Program-made: the position numbers and the translations under genes
In this document: piece by piece, positions 1 to 13,094 of the stretch
Layout of the letters: each line of letters opens with the position of its first letter
Position numbering within the stretch: the stretch's first letter is position 1
Source of the DNA: Eledone cirrhosa
Lineage: Eukaryota
DNA length: 64,000 nucleotides
NCBI GenBank assembly: GCA_964016885.1
Contig: OZ024742.1
Span: 234,422,001 to 234,486,000, forward strand
Direction of reading: 5' to 3'
Notes under the pieces: generated by a model
What the model saw: the letters and a program-made list of their open reading frames with translations, nothing else
What the model was told of the DNA's origin: nothing
Database searches by the model: none

Positions 1-250
1 AAGTTATAAATCAATTAAAACACTGCCAATACAACTCAACTGATTAGAGGATTAGATTAGTTTTATAAAAAGTATATGTAATAAAAAACATCTAAGAAAA
101 ATCCTTGAGAGAGGCTAATTAAGAGCTACCAGCTAGTTTTCTCATCACAAACAACCCTTGACATTTGCATGTCTGCCAGTAGTAATAACTAAAATCTACT
201 AATCAATAGACTTAGTTTAAGTAATGTCCATGTATATGTATGTGTGTGTG

Positions 251-294
<44 letters not shown>

Positions 295-580
295 TAATAG
301 AAAATATAGGAAAATTAGATACAGAAATAACTGTAAATACAGTCGATTGCTATAAATAATAGCTTAGAAAATTAAGTAAAATACTCCTGTGGACAGAAAA
401 AAGGGCTATCGTTCGCTACGAAGATTCAAACTTCATATCTTTCAGTAACCGGCTGACTTCTCTAACCACTGAGTTAAACGGCCTCTGAGGAATTTTACTT
501 TCATAACTCCTCAGCAATTTGAAAGTCTGGTGCTTTACATACAATATTGTTTTATATATATATGTGTGTATATATATATA

Positions 581-690
581 CAGTGTACCCCAGCATTCAC
601 GGTCCTGGCATTCGCAGTCGCGGTTATTCACGGAATCGTAAATATCTTCTGCGATTTTTAAAATGTTTTTTAACGTTAAATTATTAATAA
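581..690 (+). mobile_element. Probable end of a Tc1/pogo(Tigger)-like MITE, interrupted by a Helitron
   Basis: TA followed by CAGTGTACCCCAGCATTCACGG..., resembling Tigger-type TIRs; partner TIR not found. Confidence 0.35.
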
Positions 691-2175
691 CTAGCAGTGG
701 TACCCGGCGTTGCACGGGATAAGGTATTTTGGAACGCGGGCCGCCAACAGACCTAATCGTGGTAAAACTGCATGCCTGGACAATATGTAAAGAAAATAAA
801 CCGAATACTCTGATGGCTGGATAATCTTTAAGATTTTCTTCGATAAAGCAGGAAAAATGCAGGTTTTCACCTAATGCGGGCCCTAGGGGATCAATAAAAT
901 GAATTCTTTTTATGTGCATAATATGCCTTGAAATTTCGGGAAAATCGGCTAGGTGTAACGCCTAAAAAAACCCTAAAAAGCTGAATAAATGAAGTTTTTC
1001 ACCTAATGCAGGCCCTAGGCCATAAAAAAGTTGGATTTTCTTTGCTCATGGTATGAAGAAGAGACTGACTAATACATAGTTATAATTTCAAGGAAATCGG
1101 TCTGACATAATGCCTCAAAATACCCATAAAAAGCTGAAAAAAACCGCAGTTTTTCACCTAATGCGGGACCTAGGGGATCAAAAAGCTGAATTTTTTTATG
1201 TGCATAACACTCCCTGAAACATAACGCGGGCCACCAACAGACCTAATCATGGAAAAACTGCATGCCTGGACAATATGTACAGAAAATAAACCGAATGCTC
1301 TGATGCAATTAGTATTAGGTATGCTTCTCTTTCTATGTGGAGAAAATCGGCTTGGTGCTTTTGTACTTTAATAAAGTGGCATGAGTCAGCAGGACAGATG
1401 TCACCACTTATGTCAGAGGGAAGTCTGCAATGCTTGAGCAAGGCATGACGTGCAATCAGACAGAATGTGGAACCTTCTCGAAAGAGTCCACCGCACCTTA
1501 GTAAGTAACACAACTGGACAAACGTTTACCAAACTGTGGGTATAATTTAACAAATATAAAGAGGAATGGTGCAATAAAATGGGCACCGAGGCGTGTGCGT
1601 GTTCACTGGCAGCCCTAAACGAAAAGGTCGCCATCAGTTATTTCAAGGGCCCTTGAAAGGGCTTTGGAAGATGTTCACTGACACCCCAGTAAGGAGGGGT
1701 AACCATCAACAATTTCAAGTGGTGGCCCTAAAAAGGGCCATGTGAGCGTTCACTTGTAGCCCTTAATAGTGACTTTGACTGCGTTCTCTGACATTTGGAG
1801 GGTGTTACGGTTGCTTCCACTGGTAGCCTTTAGAATGAATCAGAATGCGTTCGCGGTCCGTTTAACAGCCATACATTGACACACTAAGTTTGATGCAGAC
1901 AGCTAGGCATACAGACAGATATTATAAGGGCGCGACATATGTATGTATCTATCTAAAAAGAGAAAGACTAAGAATTATAGAGAGAGATCGCTAAATCACC
2001 TAATGCGATCCCTAGGGCATTGAAAATTTGAAATTCTTTTTGCTCAGAACACTCCCTGAAACATAAATATTACATGTGTAAAGTTTGAAAACAGTCGGTT
2101 GGGTGGTTCTCGAGTTTTAGGGATTCAAACTCACACACACACACAGACAGACATCCTCAGTTTTATATACATAGA
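691..2175 (-). mobile_element. Non-autonomous Helitron
   Basis: Minus strand starts A|TCTATGTATATAAAA (2175) and ends CCCGTGCAACGCCGGG hairpin + 8 nt + CTAG|T (691); inserted between A and T with no TSD; internal repeats TTTTCACCTAATGCGGGCCCTAGG and a 733-813/1223-1303 duplication. Confidence 0.8.
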
Positions 2176-2176
2176 T

Positions 2177-2346
2177 AATTGTTTCTACTTTTGGCACAAT
2201 GTATTACTGGTACTTTATTTTATCGACCCCGTAAGGATGAAAGGCAAAGTTAACCTCGGCGGAATTTGAACTCAGATCATAAAGGGACGTAACTCTATGC
2301 TTCAAAGCATGGTGCCCGACTCTCTACCGATACTGCCAATCCACCA
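2177..2346 (-). mobile_element. tRNA-derived SINE, family B (central GCCTTTCATCCTTACGGGGTCGATAAAATAAAGTACC domain)
   Basis: A-box/B-box-like head (TGGCAGTATCGG...GAGTTCAAATTCC); near-identical copies at 24212-24397, 38294-38480 and 37235-37385. Confidence 0.75.
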
Positions 2347-2559
2347 TAGATAATATACTGTATTTGCCAGCCTATTGGACGCCCCTGGGAATAAGACATT
2401 CCCTCTTTTTTTAAATTATATTTTACGCTATATTTTGACCTTTATAGGCTTTTTATGGTCCATGTCCAATATTTGCGGTTTTTCACTCTTCGCGGGTGCT
2501 CTAGGAACGAAATCCATGTGAATACGAGGGGACAACTGTATATATATAGGGTTTGTCGT

Positions 2560-3275
2560 GGTTTCATATTGAGTTTGTATTGAGAAGTGTTCATCGTGTG
2601 GAAGTGCCCAGCTCCAAAACTGGAGTGCCGCTGTGAGAAGTGTTTGGCGTGGCCGACTGATCTGTCCCTCCTCGTAGTCCCAGCCACCCAAACTGCAGTT
2701 TCATATTAAGAAGCGTTCATCGCATAGAGAGTACCCGTGTTGGAAACTGGGGTGCTGCAGTGTGATGGGTTCAGCACGGCCAACTGGCTGTCCCTCCACA
2801 TAATGGTACCACCCAGCACCAGGTTCCCAGACTGTGGCTCCGCACTTGTCTTTCTTCATAGCAGCATCATCAAGTACCGAGCCCAAAATCTATAGTTACG
2901 TTGTGAGATGGGTTTGGCGTGGTCAACTGGTCTGTTCCTCCTCATCGCGGTGCCGAGCAGTACTGGTCCACAAAACTATGGCTATGCTGTGAGATGGGTT
3001 AGGCTCCTTGTATCTTTGCCATCCAGAACCGGACTCTAACTGGTCCCTCAGCATAGTGTTGCCATCTAATGTCAGCTCCCAAACTGTGGTTTTGCACCTG
3101 TCCCTCCTCATAGCAGTGTCATCCAGTACCAGGCCTCAAAACTGTGTTAACGTGAGATGCGTTAGGCTTCTCATATCGATGCCATCCAGTACCAGGCTCC
3201 AAATCTATGGTTCTGTTGTGAGACAGGTTCAGCGCAACCAGCTGGCCTGTCCCACATATAATGGAACCATCCAGT
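2560..3275. repeat. Degenerate GC-richer tandem repeat
   Basis: Recurring GTGAGA(T/A)G.GTT...CTGTCCCTCC..ATA...CCAAAACT units near 2633, 2760, 2903, 2989, 3152 and 3218. Confidence 0.55.
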
Positions 3276-3278
3276 TCG

Positions 3279-3810
<532 letters not shown>

Positions 3811-3815
<5 letters not shown>

Positions 3816-6568
3816 GGAAGCTAAAGGACCCCATAGCCAGAAATAAATTTCAAAGCATATTACTTGACGCTTTCGACAGTAAGGAAGAGCAATTAGAGTC
3901 GTATAATATAGAGGAACAGTGGGAATTCCTGAGAGCAAACCTGCTGACGGCGGCAGACGAAGTCTGTGGCTGGAGCAGGCCTGTAGGTAGGAGGAGAGTA
4001 ACATGGTGGTGGAACAGTAAGGTGGAGGAGTCAATTAAGGCCAAAAAGCAGGCTTGGAAAGTATGGCGGGATGGGGGAAGTAGAGAAGACTATCAAGTGG
4101 CCAGGAGGGAAGCTAGGAGACAAGTGTACTTCGCAAGAAGGGAAGCAGAGGAAAGAAAGTTCAAGCATGTTCTACAACGTGAGGACCAAAAACGTGAGGT
4201 GTTCAGGATTGCCAGGCAATGTGTCAAGGAAAACCGTGATATTGTCGGGGAGAAGTATGTACTTAACGATGATGGCATACTTGCCATCACCGACGCTGAT
4301 AAGAAGGTAGCTTGGAAGTGTCACTACGAAAGGCTTCTAAATGAGGAGAACAAATGGGAGAAAGACAGTCTCCCCCAGATCGATCCAATAGAGGGACCAG
4401 CAGTGTTAGTTGAAGGTAGTATAATAAGTAAGGCAATCAAAGATATGAAGACGGGTAAGGCGGCTGGGCCTTCGGAAATAGTTGCTGAGATGCTGAAGGC
4501 ATCTGGTTCGGTGGGACACACCATGGTCACCCGGATAGTTAACCAAGTCGTACAGAATGGGGTTGTTCCGAAGGAATGGCGTAGCAGCATCATCGTTAAC
4601 TGCTATAAGGGAAAAGGAGATGCCCTAGATAGGAGTAACTATAGAGGCATTAAATTAATCGACCAGGTCATGAAGGTCACGGAAAAAGTAATAGCGCAAC
4701 TAATCAGAGAGAGAATTGATCTAGATGAAATGCAGTTCGGGTTTGTGTCAGGCAAAAGTACCACAGACGCTCTTTTCATTGTACGACAACTACAGGAGAA
4801 GTACCTAGCTAAAAGTAAACCCCTATACTTAGCTTTTGTCGACTTGGAGAAAGCCTTCGACAGAGTCCCCCGTTCCATTATCTGGTGGTCTCTTAGAAAA
4901 CTAGGTGTTGACGAATGGCTTGTGAGAGCTATACAAGCCATGTATAAAGAAACAGTCAGTAAGGTTAGAATTAACAACGAATATAGTGAAGAGTTTAGCG
5001 TAAAAGTTGGTGTCCATCAGGGCTCTGTACTTAGCCCCCTACTATTTATTATTGCCCTTCAGGCTATAACAGAGGAGTTCAAGACCGGCTGCCCATGGGA
5101 ACTCCTATACGCAGATGATCTAACGCTCATAGCTGAATCAATGACCGAACTAGAGAAGAAATTCCAAACGTGGAAGCACGGCCTAGAATCAAAAGGCCTT
5201 AAAATTAACCTGGCTAAGACTAAAGTTCTAGTTTGTAGGAAAGAAAATAAGGCGGCGGTCCCATCGGGGAAATGGCCATGCTCAGTGTGTAGGAAAGGCG
5301 TAGGTAGAAACTCCATTTTATGTCCCAAATGCAAAGTATGGGTGCATAAAAGATGTAGTGGGATCACAGGTAAGCTAACTAAGAACATAGATTTTACATG
5401 TGGCCGGTGCTCTGGTGCAATAAGTAGCAGCAAGTGCCCACAAAATACTAGCTCCTTCAACTGCGCAGAGGGTTCTATAGAAATAGTGGACAGCTTCCGT
5501 TATCTGGGTGACAAAATCAGCAGTGGGGGAGGGTGCTCTGAAAGTACAGTAGCTAGAGTCAGAACTGGATGGAAAAAGTTCAGAGAGCTTATACCACTAT
5601 TAGCCGCTAGAGGGTTCTCCCTAAAAATGAAAGGCAGGTTATACGATGCCTGCATACGAACAGCAATGCTGCATGGCAGTGAGACCTGGGCATTGTGTGC
5701 AGAGGATATACGCAGACTAGAGAGGAACGAAGCTTGCATGCTCCGCTGGATGTGCAATAGTAATATATGTGAACGGCAAAGCATAAACGAACTAAGGAAA
5801 AAATTAGAAATAAGAGGGATCAGATGTTGTTTACTCGAGAGAAGGCTACGTTGGTACGGTCACGTGATGCGCATGAAAGACGACAGCTGTATAACAAAGT
5901 GCAGGGCAATAAAGATAGACGGTAGCCACGGAGTAGGCAGACCCAGAAAAACATGGGACGAGCTGATAAATTCCGACCTCACACGCTTACACCTCTCCAA
6001 GACAATGTCACTGGACCGAGACCTTTGGCGGTACTCAGTAATAGAGAAGACCCGCCTTACCTAAATACAAAGTAAAAACCTACTACAGTCAGTAGGCATC
6101 TCTATCAAAACACACCCCCGTCCCACCACCTCCACCCCACCCACACCGCCCCTTTCAATGTAAAGTTATGTTGGTCCCACAACATCCAGGCCGAAACAAA
6201 TGAGATCGTGTAGGTGTCACGACAAAAAACACACAGTCCACGCTGTAAATGTGGCCATGTAGGCAACACGGTAAAAACCTCCCAGCCTCACACTGTAAAT
6301 GTGGTTGGTGTTAGGAAGGGCATCCAGCTGTAGAAAACCCGCCAGACAGTCCACGCTGTAATGTGGCCGTGTAGGCAACACGGTAAAAACCTCCCAGCCC
6401 CACACTGTAAATGTGGTTGGTGTTAGGAAGGGCATCCAACTGTAGAAAACCCGCCAGACAGTCCTATGCGAGCAAGACAACCACTCTTGCCTCAAGTGGG
6501 AAAACCCCCGTCCAAACCCATGCAAGCGTGGAACACGGACGCTAAACCTGATGATGATGATGATGATG

Positions 6569-6569
<1 letters not shown>
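3811..6569 (+). mobile_element. 5'-truncated RTE-clade LINE (subfamily 2); open RT frame to 6064; 3' UTR with ~114-bp tandem duplication; (GAT)n tail
   Basis: RT motifs [46 protein letters not shown]; APE missing; flanked by (TA)n. Confidence 0.93.
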
Positions 6570-6639
<70 letters not shown>

Positions 6640-6792
6640 TATATATATATATATATAATAATATATAGTAAGAAACACAGTAAACCGTGTGGTCTAAAAT
6701 TACAAGGGTTGAAAAACCACATTTGTTTGAAATATTTAACCAAGAAGCAGACAGAATGATAAAATATACAAACCGCCTCAATAACCATTATA

Positions 6793-7680
<888 letters not shown>

Positions 7681-7747
7681 TACACATACACATATACACA
7701 CATAAAAACACACACACATATATAAATATATTTATATACATATAAAT

Positions 7748-7798
<51 letters not shown>

Positions 7799-7935
7799 CA
7801 TACACACATACATATATATACACACACACACACACACATATATACACATATATATACACTCACACACATACATACATGCACACAAATATACATGTGTATA
7901 CATATACACATATATACACATAGATATATATATAT

Positions 7936-7979
<44 letters not shown>

Positions 7980-8056
7980 CATATATATCCACACATATAC
8001 ATATATATATACATATACACACACATACACACAAACACATATATATATATATATAT

Positions 8057-8391
8057 GGAGGCACATGGCTTAGTGGTTAGAGCATTGGCCTTGCAATCGA
8101 AAGGTTGTGAGTTCAATTCTCAGACCGGGTGATGTGTTGTTTCCTTGAGCAAGACACTTTATTTCACATTGCTCCAGTTTACTCAGCTGTAGAAATGAGA
8201 TGATAGGGACTGGGGTCCCTATCATTCCACTGCAAAGTGGACGTGGAGGTGCCACGGCAAAAAAGCACCCAGCACTCACTGTAAATGAGGTTGGTGTTAG
8301 GAAGCTGTAGAAATCAAGCCAGAATCAGTTCCCCGTCCCACCCTTGCAAGCAGGGAAAAGCGGACGTAAAATGAAATGAAATGAAAATGAA
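8057..8391 (+). mobile_element. tRNA-derived CORE-type SINE (family A) with RTE-derived 3' tail
   Basis: A box TGGCTTAGTGG, B box GAGTTCAATTC; CORE-like CCTTGAGCAAGACACTT...CAGTTTACTCAGCTGTAGAAATG; tail matches the RTE 3' UTR. Confidence 0.85.
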
Positions 8392-8507
8392 AAAATATAT
8401 ATATATATACATAAACAAATATATACATATACATACACACACACACACATACATATATATATACACACACACACACACACATATACACATATATAAGGAA
8501 AAAGCAC

Positions 8508-8557
<50 letters not shown>

Positions 8558-8590
8558 TACACCATTCATATATTCATATATATATATATA

Positions 8591-9247
8591 CATCATCATC
8601 ATCATCAACGTTTAACGTCCGTGTTCCACGCTTGCATGGGTTTGGACGGGGGTAGTCCCACTTGAGGCAAGAGTGATTGTCTTGCTCGCATAGGACTGTC
8701 TGGCAGGTTTTCTACAGTTGGATGCCCTTCCTAACACCAACCACATTTACAGTGTGGGTCTGGGAGGTTTTTACCGTGTTGCCTACACGGCCACATTACA
8801 GCATGGACTGTGTGTTTTTTTGTCGTGACACCTACACGATCTCATTTGTTTCAGCCTGGATGGCGCGGCACCAACATAACTTTACATAGAACGGGGTGGT
8901 GTGGATAGGGTGGGGGTGGTGGTGGTGGGACGGGGTGTATTTTGTTAGAGATGCCTACTGGCTGTAGTAGGTTTTACTATGTATTTAGGTAAGGCGGGTC
9001 TTCTCTGTTACTGAGTACCGCCAAAGGTCTCGGTCCAGTGACATTGTCTTGGAGAGGTGTAAGTGTGTGAGGTCGGAGTTTATCAGCTTGTCCCAGGCTT
9101 TTCTAGGTCTGCCTATTCCGTGGCTACCGTCTATCTTTATTGCCCTGCACTTTGTTATACAGCTATCGACTTTCATGCGCATCACGTGTCCATACCAACG
9201 TAGCCTTCTCTCGAGTAAACAACATCTGATCCCTCATATTTCTAATT
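8591..9247 (-). mobile_element. 3' fragment of RTE LINE (subfamily 2)
   Basis: Encodes ...[24 protein letters not shown]...EKTRLT plus 3' UTR and (GAT)n. Confidence 0.9.
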
Positions 9248-9305
9248 ATATATATAGATACACACACATACATACATATATACACATATACATACACACA
9301 TATAT

Positions 9306-9370
<65 letters not shown>

Positions 9371-9388
9371 TATACATATATATATATA

Positions 9389-11874
9389 TCATCATCATCA
9401 TCATCATCACCGTTTTACGTCCGTTCTTCCACGCTAGCATGGGTTAGACGGGTTGTCCTGTTGTGGGCAGTGTCTGGTCGGCTGACCATGCCTTGCTCAT
9501 ACAGGAACTGATCTGGCTTGATTTCTACAGCTGGATGCCCTTCCTAACCAACCTCATTTACAGTGAGTGCTGGGTGCTTTTTCGTGGCGCCTACACGTCC
9601 ACTTTACAGTGTGGGCTGGGTGCTTTTTTGCCGTGGCACCTCCACGACCACCTTGCGGTGGGGGGAGTGGGGGCATATTGTTTATATGCTTCAGCATGTA
9701 CCCATGGGAGGTCGGGTACCCTGTATTACTGCGTGACGCCAGAAGTCACGGTCGTGTGTCATTGACTTTGAGAGGTGTAGTTGGGTAAGGTCGGCTTTTA
9801 TCACCTCATCCCAAGTCGTCTTGGGTCTCCCCACTCCGCGGTTTCCATCAACTTCTAGTGCTCTGCACCTTTTTATGCAGCTGTCATCCTTCATACGCAT
9901 CACATGTCCATACCAGCGTAACCGCCTCTCCTGCACGCAGCATTTGATTCCTCTTATGCTCAGTCTCTCTCTCAATTCCTTTATGCTTTGTCGTTCACGT
10001 ATATTACTGTTACACATCCATCGGAGCATGCAGGCTTCGTTTCTCTCTAATCTACGTAAGTCTTCCACCTTCAGCGCCCAGGTCTCACTACCATGCAACA
10101 TCGCTGTTTGGATACACGCATCATACAGTCTGCCTTTCATTCTGAGGGAGAAGCCTTTTGCAGCTAGCAGTGGTAGTAGTTCCCTAAACTTCTTCCATCC
10201 CGTTCTTACCCTAGTTATTGTACTTTCTGAGCACCCACCTCCGTTGCTAATTCGGTCACCTAGGTAGCAGAAGCTGTCTACTGTTTCTACAGGGCCCTCC
10301 CAGAGATTGGTGGTACTTGTTTCCTGTGGCTGTTTGCTTGCCGTTTCAGCACAGCTGCTGCATGTGAATCCTACATTCTTAATTAAGCTTCCTGAGATCC
10401 CGCTACATCTCTTGTGTACCCATTGTTTGCATTTGGGGCAGAGAATGGAGTTCCTACCTACACCTTTCCTACATACTGAGCAAGGCCATTTTCCTGAGGG
10501 GATCTGGGTTCTGTTTTCTCGTCTACTTACAAGGACCTTAGTCTTTGTCATGTTGACTTTGAGGCCCTTTCTCTCTAGTCCCTGCTTCCAGGTTTGGAAT
10601 TTATTCTCTAGTTCTACCATAGATTCAGCTATGAGTGCGAGGTCATCAGCATACAGGAGTTCCCATGGGCATCCGGTCTTAAACTCCTCCGTTATTGCCT
10701 GCAGGACTATGATGAACAGGAGAGGGCTAAGAACAGAGCCCTGGTGGACCCCAACCTGTACGCTAAATTCCTCGCTATACTCATTGCTAATCCTAACTTT
10801 GCTGACTGCTCCCCTATACATGGCTTGTACCACTTTCACAAGCCATTCATCTACTCCTAGTTTTCTAAGAGCCCACCAGATTACTGCACGTGGAACTCTG
10901 TCAAAGGCTTTCTCAAGGTCGACAAATGCCAAGTAGAGTGGCTTACTTTTAGCTAGGTACTTTTCCTGTAATTGCCTCACAAGGAAGAGGGCATCAGTGG
11001 TGCCTTTCCCTGGTACAAACCCAAATTGCATCTCGTCTATATTCACCCGGTCCCTAATCAGCTGTGCTATAACTCTTTCTGTTACTTTCATAACCTGGTC
11101 CATCAACTTTATACCTCTATAGTTTCCTCTATCTAGTGCATCGCCTTTACCTTTGTAGCAGTTGACAATGATGCTACTGCACCAATCTTTTGGTATGGCC
11201 CCTTCTAGTATTACCTGGTTAACGATACGTGTGGTTATAGTGTGACCTACAGACCCAGATGCCTTCAGCATCTCGGCAGCTATACCCGATGGACCGGTAG
11301 CCTTCCCTATCTTCATATCTCTGATTGCCTTATTTACTATGCTGCCGCTGACTTGTACTGCTGGTCCCTCTATAGGGTCTACGTGGGGTAGGGTCTCTTC
11401 TTCCCATGCATTCTCCTCATTTAGTAATCTATCATAATGACTCTTCCATGCATCTTTCTTCTCAGCACTTGTGAGGGCAAGCTCACCTTTATCATTCCGG
11501 ATACACTTCTCTCCAATGACATCACAACTATCTCTGACACACTGCCTCGCAATCTTGAATACCTCCTGTTTCTGGTCCTCACGTTGTAAAACATGCTTGA
11601 ATTTTCTATCCTCTGCTTCCCTCCTAGCTAAGTATACTTGTCGCCTAGCTTCCCTCTTGGTCTCTATGTAATGTACCCTGCTCCCCCCGTTCTTCCATTC
11701 TTTCCATGCCTGTATCTTGGCCTTGACTGCTTCATCTACCTTATTGTCCACCACCAAGTCACTCTCCTCCTGCTTGAGGTCTTACTCCAGCCACAAACCT
11801 CATCCGTCGCCTCTAGTAAGTTATTTTTTAGGAACTCCCAGTTCTCTTCTACGTTAAATGTCTCTATCTGTTCT
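9389..11874 (-). mobile_element. 5'-truncated RTE LINE (subfamily 1), near-identical to 14030-16513
   Basis: 688-aa RT frame; 1-bp frameshift near 11747; (GAT)n tail at 9389-9408. Confidence 0.93.
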
Positions 11875-11962
11875 TAATATACATATACACCTATATATAT
11901 ATATATACACACACATACACACACATACATACATATATACACAAATACATACACACATATAT

Positions 11963-12013
<51 letters not shown>

Positions 12014-12014
12014 T

Positions 12015-12068
<54 letters not shown>

Positions 12069-12070
<2 letters not shown>

Positions 12071-12860
12071 GCTTTTTCATGTCGTTAATATTATGATGTT
12101 CCCTGCTGTATTAGCGTTAAATTTTCCCTGCTGTATTAGCGATAAATTTTCGAGGGTTTCTCTTAGTAGCTTTTTTCATGACGTTATTATTGTTAATTTT
12201 ACTGATGTAGTATTAACTTATTAACTTGGATATTTACCATGCGGTATTCTAATCCTATTGTATCTCTCTCAGTTATTTACCATGCGACCCTCAGTTCCTA
12301 CCCCCCCCCCCCTCTCTATGCACTTCTTTAAGGCTTACTACCCTGTCTTTAACCTAATTCATTCAATCTGAAAATATTGAAGAGATAAGACACTTTGCCA
12401 TTCTTCTCTGCTAAAATGTACCACTAGAGCTGATTCAAATTTTCCCAGCCAGCCATCCACCTAATCTACGAAGGTATTTTAGCCTACATATTGTCGTTAA
12501 TATTATGATGTTCCCTGCTGTATTAGCGTTAAATTTTCCCTGCTGTATTAGCGATAAATTTTCGAGGGTTTCTCTTAGTAGCTTTTTCATGTCGTTAATA
12601 TTATGATGTTCCCTGCTGTATTAGCGTTAAATTTTCCCTGCTGTATTAGCGATAAATTTTCGAGGGTTTCTCTTAGTAGCTTTTTCATGTCGTTAATATT
12701 ATGATGCTCCCTGCTGTATTAGCGTTAAATTTTCCCTGCTGTATTAGCGATAAATTTTCGAGGGTTTCTCTTAGTAGCTTTTTTCATGACGTTATTATTG
12801 TTAATTTTACTGATGTAGTATTAACTTGGATATTTACCATGCGACCCTCAGTTCCTACCT
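12069..12860 (+). repeat. 98-bp tandem repeats (about 1 + 3 units) upstream of the RTE ORF
   Basis: Unit AGCTTTTTCATGTCGTTAATATTATGATG...GGGTTTCTCTTAGT at 12069, ~12492 (partial), 12580 and 12678; each contains an internal ~25-bp duplication. Confidence 0.9.
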
Positions 12861-13094
12861 CACAATTTCCCTCCCCCCCACACCACCATAGTCTATTCGA
12901 CCAATCAAACCTAGCATGCCATTTCCACTGCTGCTGCTGCTACTACCTGCCTAACTAACTCTCTCCTCCTCTGGCGCATCCCAACACACCCTGCCATTAC
13001 CCCACCACCACTGTCCTTCTAACCCTCAATTTTCCCACCGTTATGGATGGATGAGCTGGGAATACACGAGCAACTCTGAATCAATAGATGAAAT

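Noticed and set aside
416-919. 167-aa ORF
   Set aside because: Crosses Helitron end, MITE end and microsatellite; no domain motifs
8057-8130. tRNA gene
   Set aside because: A/B boxes present but poor cloverleaf; continues into CORE domain and LINE tail, so it is a SINE head
9821-10936. Antisense ORFs over RTE copies
   Set aside because: Shadow frames of the RT ORF
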